This document shows, one piece after another, positions 42,101-50,621 of a stretch of DNA of 64,000 nucleotides. The first letter of the stretch is position 1, and each line of letters starts with the position of its first letter. Under the pieces are notes generated by a model. It worked only from the letters and a program-made list of their open reading frames with translations. It ran no database searches and was not told where the DNA came from. Where the stretch lies: positions 124,001 through 188,000 of the IMG/VR virus record IMGVR_UViG_3300045971_000344; one strand, written 5' to 3'. The translations under genes and the position numbers were made by a program.

Positions 42101-43372
42101 ACCCAATAAAGTTGTGGCCTTGGTTGCCTTTGTTCCTATTATAGTATCTACTTCTGTCTTTGTGTAAGCATTAGTAATTCCATAACCTAATAACGTAGTT
42201 GCAGTATTGGACTTACCATTAAGTAAGCTATCTACTTCTGTCTTTGTATAGACATTAGTTGACGGCGCTAAGTTATTTAATAGTGTATCTACTTCTGTTT
42301 TTGTATATACGTTATCCGAAGGCGCTAAATTATCTAATATGGTATTTATTTCAGCCTTTGTATAAGCATTTGTTATGCCGTATCCAGCTATAGAGGATGC
42401 CTTTGTTGCCATATTAGGCATAGTATCCATAAGATACCTTGCGATATCTGTAACACTCTTTAAGTTAGGCCATAAACTAACTACGGGATTAGTTGTGTAT
42501 AACCCCGTACCATAAATATCTTGAAGTTTAAGGTCTATATCAGTCTTTTTATATACCTGAGATAACACTGTACTCATTGTTAGTCCAGATAATGTTGAGT
42601 TTACTGAACCAGGAACTACCTCAGTTGAAACAGATAATCCCTCCCCGATACTAAAAACTGTTGGCTGTGGGTCAAGTATAGTTGCGCCTACAGCTACCTC
42701 AAAGTTATTACCCTTACCGCCTCCCCCTATAGTATCCCCTGTTGCAGTTAATACATATCCTCGATAGTTTATTACATATCCACCGTTAGAGGATACCGCA
42801 GCAAATACTGGTTTATTAACTGCACCTATACGAGTAGGGACATCTTTAGTCATTTCACCAGGTACATTGCTAAGAAAATAGGTTGCACCATCAGTAAGAT
42901 TTGAGAGTCCGTCTAAGTAGCCTCCAGTTAATAACATAAAAGCATTTGGACCCTTAACCTCTGCAACTACTCCAATAACGTCTGCTTCTGTCTCAGAAGA
43001 AGACGAAGCTAAAGCATAACTGCCGGGAATTCTTCTTAACCAAGTACCAACTGAAAATCCATGATTTAGCTGCTCAATATCTATTGCATTTCCTGAACCT
43101 CCACCGATATTAAGCCAAGTGTTTGTCTGGATATCATACCGATACATCTTATTGCTCTCTGCAACAGTAGCAGTCCAACCTTCGAGGGGTACTGGGTAGG
43201 CAACTTGTAAGGCAGCCTCATCTGTAGTATTCATCCCTCGGGTTACTACTGGTTTCCAGATTATTTCTTTTGTTATTGCATCAGATATTTTAGCATCTAC
43301 TTCAACCTTGTTATAGTATAATCTTAACTTGTTCTTCAGAAAAGTCAGAACTACTGGTAAAGATACTCCCAT
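39152..43372 (-). CDS. Long fibre protein (1406 aa)
   Basis: Same modular layout with YGITNAYTKTEVD repeats; different C-terminal domain ending DIFEFLTYDGGTTWFG. Confidence 0.8.
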   Translation of the reverse strand: MGVSLPVVLTFLKNKLRLYYNKVEVDAKISDAITKEIIWKPVVTRGMNTTDEAALQVAYPVPLEGWTATVAESNKMYRYDIQTNTWLNIGGGSGNAIDIEQLNHGFSVGTWLRRIPGSYALASSSSETEADVIGVVAEVKGPNAFMLLTGGYLDGLSNLTDGATYFLSNVPGEMTKDVPTRIGAVNKPVFAAVSSNGGYVINYRGYVLTATGDTIGGGGKGNNFEVAVGATILDPQPTVFSIGEGLSVSTEVVPGSVNSTLSGLTMSTVLSQVYKKTDIDLKLQDIYGTGLYTTNPVVSLWPNLKSVTDIARYLMDTMPNMATKASSIAGYGITNAYTKAEINTILDNLAPSDNVYTKTEVDTLLNNLAPSTNVYTKTEVDSLLNGKSNTATTLLGYGITNAYTKTEVDTIIGTKATKATTLLGYGITDAYTITQIDTNLATKASKSTTLAGYGITDTYTITQIDTKFLAKENSLGNPAIEGAILRSTTSGSRYWTEGKLGHTLQINGVSLTQRSNLNFIGGMQAYDDPVLTDTTTVAVDIPQNGTALWSTDADFNANGATFTSGLLVPAANNELSLAASSGVLVDEFVDTYLVDAAASHDVVVAGGVAKVGIGIDSGTGADGDFTIPAATTIVFSTGNATTGNTFSNSYTCTALGINYAIVTNVGTGITYAVGDELLIINVMGTSTYYSNVGNYEFVRVASVNTTLNKITFTTNKVRCYGNTAGSDANIGITRATNQIVFVQRVPNWNIVTLNASTSILDCSGFISTATSVLTGIICFRCKTLNNYGTIRALGRGYYSYLYGGVQSPGLGIAGTAQIGGAGNAGSGSGSHVGTGTGNNSTTPVYDVYNDLSKLYFGGSGGSDDYITRNTYGGVGGGIIAIFSDLANITGTLSAAGTAGGLNASSGNYTGSGAGGTILLAANTVNYGTNSITVAGAITGAIRFGGVGKVILTYQYKTGNPTINATATPFYNLVSSVASSGLLSSTNMLVGKTVTSIKSVLVNVTVIPIDGTLGIQFSTDGTTFYNVAGANGSTTALVYGNNTLDIEWFGWTTNNFYYRLYFTCATTTPEVSSVAVNFAPKVFSLTDQTWVSSPFSVASGVAIRPKTVISRWTTAAGNAQPKFQLIGSVTSNFSAPSYFPTQTTYYQGGSGNSIVSGTELNIETQVNAFFNYWKLVVVLNAGGNQLVSPSVQDFSFTYVSEVQKILDAASIYTLELKRGTKSSLPTSLQQGEPYIALDTKELYIGNGVSIAASKVSDIAVQTTTPTGIANLVWVNPTTKIIKFWNTQSLQWVEIYSTPTITTAPQVTVSITSGSITLDCSLYNIFKTTLNANITSILRTNVPSTRSYRMTLILVSDGTQRTINWGTIRWNNSAIPTPTASVNKIDIFEFLTYDGGTTWFGQIIGQNM

Positions 43373-43386
43373 ATTATACTCCTACA

Positions 43387-44508
43387 CTATACAATTAAAG
43401 ACCTAGAGGAAGTTTTAATCTCTATTATATTACTTGCACTATCATAAATATAATCTTCTGTTGTTTCTATCAGTTCTAGTTCAGAAATTGTTTTAACTAT
43501 ATCTCCTACTAGGTTATACTGATATTCTGTAGTTCTTTTTAGACTTCCTGGAAAAGTTTCTATAGACCCAACTATGTTTCCATTAGGATCATAGCTAAAA
43601 GTTGTATCTATCGGAGTTCCATCCAAGAATTGAAGATTATAATAGGTATTTGTAAAATTTAGTTTTGTCTGTGGAATAGCTAGTTGAATATTAGCCTCAA
43701 GAAAATAAATATTTCCCGATATTTGTGAAAGACCAGACCAGACTTTAAGGGCCACATAGACTGGAGTATCCGAAGGGTTGTTTAAAACATTTAGTAGACC
43801 TTTGGTCTGTATTATACTATTATTATCAGTATCTAGAACAGTTCTTGCCATAAGCGTAGTATTATCGCTATCGGATAAAGGTAATTCCAGAACAGTTAAT
43901 CTGGCTAAGTCTAATGACCAGGAAACAGTATCACCGGGAGTATTAGAAGACCACAGAACGTTTAACTTTAGACGACCTCCTATTGAAGGAACGACATTTA
44001 ATAAAATAGAGGTATAAGCAATAGGTACAGGCTTATCCAAAATCAAGGAATTTTCTGTAATAGCATTTACGGTATACTCTATTCCAGAGATACGTATTTT
44101 ATCCATTGAATAAATTTCTTCTATTGGATTATAGTCTAATAATACTTCATCTGAACCTGCAGTAGTATTAGCATACCCAGAGGATACAAAAGGTCTTATT
44201 TGTTTGGTATAATCTGAAAACTCAGATTGAGAAATATACCAGTAAACTTCCGTGTCTAACTGTTGTGGAGTAAAGACCAAGCAATCTAAATTAAGTTCAC
44301 TGTGTTTAGAAAGTTGAGGGTAGTCTGGATCAGAAAGGTTGATCCTATTTGTAGGCAGAAGGGAGATTTTGGTCCTTCCGTAAGCATTGAAAGAACCAAG
44401 ATAGGTGTCTAAAATTATTTTGTTCTCTCGCTCTTCAATTCCCCATGGACGCTCACCAATAAGAATATTCTTCAACCCTATATTTGGAGTCAAGTCGTAA
44501 TTTGCCAT
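43387..44508 (-). CDS. Probable virion structural protein
   Basis: TPNIGL N-terminus; C-terminal YD-like repeats (YDPNGNI, YNLVGDI, YDSASNI); located in the tail cluster. Confidence 0.5.
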   Translation of the reverse strand: MANYDLTPNIGLKNILIGERPWGIEERENKIILDTYLGSFNAYGRTKISLLPTNRINLSDPDYPQLSKHSELNLDCLVFTPQQLDTEVYWYISQSEFSDYTKQIRPFVSSGYANTTAGSDEVLLDYNPIEEIYSMDKIRISGIEYTVNAITENSLILDKPVPIAYTSILLNVVPSIGGRLKLNVLWSSNTPGDTVSWSLDLARLTVLELPLSDSDNTTLMARTVLDTDNNSIIQTKGLLNVLNNPSDTPVYVALKVWSGLSQISGNIYFLEANIQLAIPQTKLNFTNTYYNLQFLDGTPIDTTFSYDPNGNIVGSIETFPGSLKRTTEYQYNLVGDIVKTISELELIETTEDYIYDSASNIIEIKTSSRSLIV

Positions 44509-44512
44509 AATA

Positions 44513-46786
44513 TTAAGGTCCTTTATACGGTCTACACGTTATTACTATTTTCTTACAAGGAATTCTATTGTAAGTTGCTACTTCCTTTTTATTAGGTTTA
44601 GTAAACTTTATAATCTTTGCTCTAACCGTAGGATCAAAACCTGACAGTATAGTTACGTTTATTTTGGTGGGGTCTAATAGCTTCAAACCTAGTAGACGCA
44701 TTTGTTTTCTACTATCTGTATTTATAGATAAGGTACTAGAAATAAAAGTATTTCTAGATAAGGATCCTTGTTTTTTATTTGATAGAATAGTTTGTCTAAG
44801 GGTATCAGGTATTCTATTACCAAGGATAAACCTATGACGTACTTCGTTATAAGGGTTGCCAAGGATAAATCTATGTCTAGATTCGGCTAAAGGTAAAACA
44901 GGAACAATACGGTGTCTTGAAATACCATATACAGAGTCTAACAGACTCCAGAATACCTGCATTTCTTTTCTTTCCCTAACTTCATAGTTATCCCAAGATA
45001 CTACTATCTCTTTCTTCTCTTTAGTATTAGAGGACAGCCAATCTACTACTATCTCTTTCTTCTCTTTAGTATTAGAGGACAGCCAATCTACTACTATATC
45101 TTTTTTCGCACTAACCTCATAATTTATCCAATCCGTTATTTTTTCTTTGTCACCTTGAGCAATAAAGCTTTCCCAATTAAAAATTGTTAGCTGTTTATCA
45201 AGGGTAAGAGTATTCCAAGAGGTTTCAGCAATGTCCTTATTAAAGATAAAAGGTATATCCCAAAATTGGTCAGTAAGCTTTTTATCTACTAAGTAAGAGG
45301 TCCAAATTCTATCTGAGACATGCTTATTTATAATTATGTTGTCGTTCCATGTAGTATCTAAGGTTTTATGCTTATTTAATATTGGATAGCTATCCCAATA
45401 TCTAATAGACATTATTTTACTAAAAAGAGGCCTATCTATATAGTTATATTCTACAGCTTTATTTTTACCACTTATTGGAAAATTGATCCAAGTATTTACT
45501 GCTGCCGGGTGTAAACCGTAGTTAATACTAGGGACATAGATATTAGGTGAAACAGTGTGGTACCCAGTTAAACTAGTACTACAACAACTAGAAGTAGTTA
45601 TTGTCTTACTTAGCAATATATGTTCTTTAAAGATCAAACTTTGAGAAAATATACTATTATTAGTTTGGACCATAAAGTCCACGAGATTCATAGCCACATC
45701 TGTAGTTGGATTAGAGCTATAGTTATTTTCAAAGGCGCTTATTACAGAGCTGTTAATCATAGGTGTATAAGTTATATCTGAATATTTAGATAACTGGTAT
45801 ATTGTAGAACAAAAAGTATCTGATATTTTAGGTATAGGATAAATATTTGAGCAATATACAATAGGTTTTGTAAGATACCTAGAATGAGTTATAACAGAGT
45901 AACTAAAAGAAGAAGAACTTTTGCTAAAGGTCTGTACAGTAAACGGTATCTCGTTCTTTACTAAGCTAGTAGAAACTACATCTATAAACTTAGTACTATC
46001 CGGAGCTAAATTACTTTCACAGCCTAGCGTGGCTGAACAACTATACTCAACACCATTTTTGTTCTCTATGAACTTTATAACACCTAAGGTCTCTGCAAGT
46101 TTATAGTTACAGTGTAGATACTTTTGCATAAAGATTGAAGCATGAGATAAGTCTGATAAAAATAGAGCTTCATCATAAAAATTTACTTGATCTAAAAATC
46201 CAATAAAATATCCTACCTTAGGAAGTCCAAAAAAGCAAGATGCAGTAATGGTCTTAATAGGAGCCGTAATAGCTATATTGCTTAAAGTAACCATGTCATA
46301 AATAGAATCTAGTACTATATATAAAGTACGGTCTTTACAAGTAATTAATAGCCTATGCCATTTATTGATCTTTATGTTGGATATTATTGTAACTACCTCT
46401 GGATATTCAGTACCGTTACCTACAAGCAATACTAAGTCACAATCAGTAGGAACTGAACCGTAATCATGTAATCCATAATAACCTTGACCATAAGGTTCTC
46501 CTGCAAGTAAGCCCACACCTATACCTGTAAGTATATCTCCCCAAAAAGCTAAGGGACATAATCCTATATTATCTCTAAGAGCAAAAAAGTAAAGGTCTAT
46601 TGTGAAGTCCTGAATAAATGAAGGTGTACTATTACACCAAAGAGTTTGTTTATATATAGAATACGTACTATAGCCTTTTACTGATCTTGTAGAGAACAAT
46701 GGATTGACTAAACTATTAAAGACATTATCGTAAGTAGAGTCATCCTTTAAATTGTTATCCAGTGCAAGACTTAGTACGAGTGACAT
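44513..46786 (-). CDS. Virion protein with N-terminal LamG/ConA-like domain and Trp-spaced repeats
   Basis: DFTIDLYF...INKWHRL.I...FIGFLDQVNFYD.AL. Likely start MSLVL at 46786 (TAATG overlap). Confidence 0.6.
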   Translation of the reverse strand: MSLVLSLALDNNLKDDSTYDNVFNSLVNPLFSTRSVKGYSTYSIYKQTLWCNSTPSFIQDFTIDLYFFALRDNIGLCPLAFWGDILTGIGVGLLAGEPYGQGYYGLHDYGSVPTDCDLVLLVGNGTEYPEVVTIISNIKINKWHRLLITCKDRTLYIVLDSIYDMVTLSNIAITAPIKTITASCFFGLPKVGYFIGFLDQVNFYDEALFLSDLSHASIFMQKYLHCNYKLAETLGVIKFIENKNGVEYSCSATLGCESNLAPDSTKFIDVVSTSLVKNEIPFTVQTFSKSSSSFSYSVITHSRYLTKPIVYCSNIYPIPKISDTFCSTIYQLSKYSDITYTPMINSSVISAFENNYSSNPTTDVAMNLVDFMVQTNNSIFSQSLIFKEHILLSKTITTSSCCSTSLTGYHTVSPNIYVPSINYGLHPAAVNTWINFPISGKNKAVEYNYIDRPLFSKIMSIRYWDSYPILNKHKTLDTTWNDNIIINKHVSDRIWTSYLVDKKLTDQFWDIPFIFNKDIAETSWNTLTLDKQLTIFNWESFIAQGDKEKITDWINYEVSAKKDIVVDWLSSNTKEKKEIVVDWLSSNTKEKKEIVVSWDNYEVRERKEMQVFWSLLDSVYGISRHRIVPVLPLAESRHRFILGNPYNEVRHRFILGNRIPDTLRQTILSNKKQGSLSRNTFISSTLSINTDSRKQMRLLGLKLLDPTKINVTILSGFDPTVRAKIIKFTKPNKKEVATYNRIPCKKIVITCRPYKGP
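45001..45097. repeat. Exact 45-bp tandem duplication, in frame (15-aa unit IVVDWLSSNTKEKKE)
   Basis: 45001-45045 is identical to 45046-45090, and the first 7 nt recur at 45091. Confidence 0.95.
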
Positions 46787-48063
46787 TACGCTATTCCACC
46801 ATCGTCCGATAAGATAAGGCACCGAACGCCTTCACTGTCGTTTATGTTAGCATTACCGCCTCGGTAAGTTCTATAAGTCAACTGCGAACTTACCGTTCCT
46901 ACTACCGAAATAGTAACGTCCAGATTGTTTGCGATAGTTGTAAGGGTCTCAAATTGACCTTCTAGTGAATGAACAAAAAATGTACCAGCAGCATCTGAAG
47001 TTGTCCAGTCTCCGCTTTCTAAAACTATCTTTAATATAATTGCGCGGGCCCCATTAGACCCAGTAATTACATCTCCAAGTAATGGAGCAATAGACCCACC
47101 TGTAAACTTAATTGTTCCTTGCTTATAGACATTTACTACAGCGTCATTTCCAGAAGCTAGAACACCCGCAGAAGTATAGGCGATTAAATCCATTTCTTCA
47201 TTATACAAATGTCGATGTGTATTAAACCCTGATGGAAAGATAATATAGTATTTAGAGGTATCAGTAAGTACAATCTGCTTCTCTATGTTTATTACCTGCC
47301 CATTGTACTCCGTATACTTAGAAGTAATCCAAGAAAGAGTAGGTGCGATAATTTGTGATTCCCTAACAATTATTTTCCATGCTGTCTTAGTACTATCCAT
47401 GCTATAAAGGGCTACAACAGGGGAGTTATTCTTAACGTAGGTCTCACCACTAATTGGATCAACAAGTCGTTGTACGCATACCCAGCTAAAATTTCTAGAC
47501 GTAGGAAAAGTAATAATTGGATCAAATGGTACGCCATCCGCTAAAGGCACGGGATAAGGTCTTTCTGGTACAGGTGTTAAGACAGATACACCTTGCCAAA
47601 ATTCTACTGAAAAGCCCCTATTTGCCACGCATAACCTATAAGAATAGGGAGTGGCTGGACTAATAAAGGTATCTGGTGTTACACCTACGTCCCCAGTATT
47701 TGCATGACCTATTAATCCACAAATATCTTTATTAATAGCGGTACTATTTGCAGGTATCAGCACTCCGTTTGGAAATGTAGCAAGTTGTCCATCGTCTTTT
47801 ATCTGTAGATGCGTAGCAGCCACGAGCTGACCACCACTAACCGTTCCGTCAATACAAATTCTCCAGGGTTGAGTGTTTGCTAAAGGATCTACTACAGTAG
47901 TAGCATTAAGTACAGCCTTTGTTGCCACTATAGACCCAGGTAAATCAGTTATTGCACCGTTATTAACCCAGACTAACTCAAAACCTGAGTCTACAAAGTC
48001 CGAAATTAACTGTGAGTACAAAACGTCTTTATCAATGTAACCAAACCGCTCTATCAATTTCAT
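46786..48063 (-). CDS. Virion structural protein, paralog family B
   Basis: DPL..TQPWRI.ID, VQRLVD, IIVRES, FPSGFNTHRH, DLIAYTSA and EG.R motifs shared with the next two genes. Confidence 0.65.
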   Translation of the reverse strand: MKLIERFGYIDKDVLYSQLISDFVDSGFELVWVNNGAITDLPGSIVATKAVLNATTVVDPLANTQPWRICIDGTVSGGQLVAATHLQIKDDGQLATFPNGVLIPANSTAINKDICGLIGHANTGDVGVTPDTFISPATPYSYRLCVANRGFSVEFWQGVSVLTPVPERPYPVPLADGVPFDPIITFPTSRNFSWVCVQRLVDPISGETYVKNNSPVVALYSMDSTKTAWKIIVRESQIIAPTLSWITSKYTEYNGQVINIEKQIVLTDTSKYYIIFPSGFNTHRHLYNEEMDLIAYTSAGVLASGNDAVVNVYKQGTIKFTGGSIAPLLGDVITGSNGARAIILKIVLESGDWTTSDAAGTFFVHSLEGQFETLTTIANNLDVTISVVGTVSSQLTYRTYRGGNANINDSEGVRCLILSDDGGIA

Positions 48064-48067
48064 GATC

Positions 48068-50569
48068 TTAAATTCCTCCCTTATCAGTAAGTAACAGAAG
48101 CCGCATACCTTCTTGATATCCTATTGTAGCATTCTGGGCGGTATAGGTCCGCATTATTTTATTTCCAAGTTCATCTCGCTCATCATGAAGATTAACCTTA
48201 GCAACATTTTGTGAAGCCAATAATAAGGCCGAGCAAAATGCAATCATATCCGGACGTTTATTATGCCACAAATGTCTATTGGTTGTTAGACCATCTGGAA
48301 TGGTTATAATATAAGATCCATCTTCAGCAATAGATATTTGCTTATGTGCGTTAAACCCAGCACCAACGTATTCAGAGAATTTTTGAATTTCTTTAGGAGC
48401 ACTAGGAGCCATAACGTCAGATTCACGAACAACTATTTGATAAATCTTTGTCATTCCTTCTTTAAAATAACGTGTAAATTTATCCGCAAGCTCTCCAACT
48501 TTATAAATATAGTTACGTTCTATCTGACTGAATATACAAAATACTGGGCTCTTTCTATCCAATAATAATTCACCAGTTACTGCGTCTACGAGTCTTTGTA
48601 CTGCAAAGAATCTACCATTTGACCCAATGGGGTGTGCCTCGTTATTAATGGACACGGCAATTCCGTGATCTGAAACACACACCTGATAGCTATTGGGGAC
48701 TCCAGGGTTTATTTCAAGTTGAGATATAATTGGAGAAATCTCTCCAATGGCAATCTGCCCTAAGAATCCACCATCAGAAAATCTTGGAGTAGTTGTACCA
48801 CCCAAAGTATCTTTAAAAGTTTCAAATTTATTCTCAGCATTTAACAATTGACCTACATTTATTTTTTGTTTAGTCTGGTCACCAGATTGTAAATAAGCCA
48901 GAAATTCATTTAGGTTGGTCTCATAGTATCGCTTATAATAGTCCTCATACTTTGCAAGTGGAAAACTTGGATAGTACAATACTTCACCGGTATCTAATAA
49001 CTGATATGGAGTTCCAACAACTATTCTACCATACTCCAAGATTGTTTCTAAGGAATTATTCAATGTAGTATCAGCCAGTTCAACATGAGAATTAAATTTA
49101 AGTTCATAAGCGCTATCAATATGGATCCTCCAGGGTTGAGTATCCCATAAAGGGTCAATTAACTTAGAAGCTTCAAAAGTCCATTTAGTGCCGAATAATC
49201 TTGAGGCAATTGAAAATCTAGTATTTACGCTGTTACGATCTCCAATAAGGATTGCCCCAGCTACATGAGTATCTTTATTTAAAGGTCTATAGTAATAGTC
49301 TACAAAGAGCGTACTTCCTGTGACTGGAACATAATCTGCGTCAAATACTATTTTTGCAGTACCAGAAGGGTTAAGGGTAGCAACATACATAGTACCTTCT
49401 TCCTGTACCGTTGTAGTTGTACCGTCTACTCCTGTTACTCTAACTACAATTGTAGAAGTATCTTCTATTTTTAGATTTTTTGGATTAGTAAAAAAGGTAT
49501 CGTTATAGCCATCCTTAGGACCTACAAGTGATTTTTTAACGTATTTGTTAATCATATGACTTTCTATATTTAGAATAGTCGAATAGTATCTTGGGTTAGT
49601 AGTAGACCAAGGTTGTGCTGGGTCTAAAAGAGACGATCCAGTACCATTAGTAATAGCAAAGATAAATACATCTAAGACTGTGCCAGTTAGACCCGAAACG
49701 TTTGTTAAATTATAAGTACAGGTTATTTTACCGGAGGAGTTTACCACAGAGGTAGTAGTAGGGGCAGGTAAAGTTAAAACTTTATTGACCGTTGCATACC
49801 CAGGATTCCAATAAGTAAGTTGTATATCTACTACGTTATCAATAATATTTATAAAACTACCGCCGTTACTATTATAAGAAAGAAATGACTCAAATTTTGT
49901 TATGGTTAATATCTTAGTTTGAACGTCATAGGTAATATCCGGAAGAAACCTAGATTTACCCATAATATTTATACCAAATAAGTTATGATTACCGTCTACA
50001 GTATAATCCGCGGTAATGTTAAATGTACTCTTTGGTATATTATTTGGGTCAATAGTAAACTGTGCCCTTTTTGAACTGTTTAAAATAACAGTATATTTTT
50101 CTTGTGGTACAACAATGTCATTTATGTATAAAACTATTGAAGCTAAATTTACAGAGGCATCTGAGGAAGTAAAGACCGTAGGTACGCTTTTAACCTTACC
50201 AACTAAAGGTTCGTTTTCCACAAGTACTGGGTCCATCATAAAATCAAAGTCAACAAAAAGTTGTGCCGATAACGCCGGTTGTACTGATAATATCGCTAAG
50301 ATTTCTTGTGAGAACACAATAACGCCAATACTATTTGTCTCAAAAGTAGGGTTATCTAATGTCCAATTTTCTGATCCAGTTAAACTGTCTATACGAGGTA
50401 TTTCTACTGTACCATAATAGACTTTAACTGTATCAAGGATTATAGATATATCTGCAGGTGGAAGATCCGAAGCAATAAGTGTCATTCCGCCATCGTATAA
50501 ATCTTGTGCTATCGCCTTAAACAGCTTTTGTGGATCGGTAAACCCATGTTTCAGTGCAGTAAAACCCAT
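48068..50569 (-). CDS. Virion structural protein, paralog family B, with large inserted beta-repeat region
   Basis: Family-B N-terminus and C-terminal half are separated by about 400 aa with repeated VDY/ADY modules. Confidence 0.65.
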   Translation of the reverse strand: MGFTALKHGFTDPQKLFKAIAQDLYDGGMTLIASDLPPADISIILDTVKVYYGTVEIPRIDSLTGSENWTLDNPTFETNSIGVIVFSQEILAILSVQPALSAQLFVDFDFMMDPVLVENEPLVGKVKSVPTVFTSSDASVNLASIVLYINDIVVPQEKYTVILNSSKRAQFTIDPNNIPKSTFNITADYTVDGNHNLFGINIMGKSRFLPDITYDVQTKILTITKFESFLSYNSNGGSFINIIDNVVDIQLTYWNPGYATVNKVLTLPAPTTTSVVNSSGKITCTYNLTNVSGLTGTVLDVFIFAITNGTGSSLLDPAQPWSTTNPRYYSTILNIESHMINKYVKKSLVGPKDGYNDTFFTNPKNLKIEDTSTIVVRVTGVDGTTTTVQEEGTMYVATLNPSGTAKIVFDADYVPVTGSTLFVDYYYRPLNKDTHVAGAILIGDRNSVNTRFSIASRLFGTKWTFEASKLIDPLWDTQPWRIHIDSAYELKFNSHVELADTTLNNSLETILEYGRIVVGTPYQLLDTGEVLYYPSFPLAKYEDYYKRYYETNLNEFLAYLQSGDQTKQKINVGQLLNAENKFETFKDTLGGTTTPRFSDGGFLGQIAIGEISPIISQLEINPGVPNSYQVCVSDHGIAVSINNEAHPIGSNGRFFAVQRLVDAVTGELLLDRKSPVFCIFSQIERNYIYKVGELADKFTRYFKEGMTKIYQIVVRESDVMAPSAPKEIQKFSEYVGAGFNAHKQISIAEDGSYIITIPDGLTTNRHLWHNKRPDMIAFCSALLLASQNVAKVNLHDERDELGNKIMRTYTAQNATIGYQEGMRLLLLTDKGGI

Positions 50570-50621
50570 AGGAGTTTCTCCTTAATGTGTTGTGTATCAT
50601 ATATAAATTATGATTATTAAT

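Noticed and set aside
37800-42410. Repeated DNA in the fibre genes considered as DGR template/variable repeats or invertible segments
   Set aside because: These are protein-level YGITDAYTK shaft repeats with synonymous variation. There is no adenine-specific pattern and no reverse transcriptase or invertase in the window.
45001-45097. Direct repeat considered as a CRISPR array
   Set aside because: Two adjacent 45-bp copies with no spacers, in frame within a CDS.
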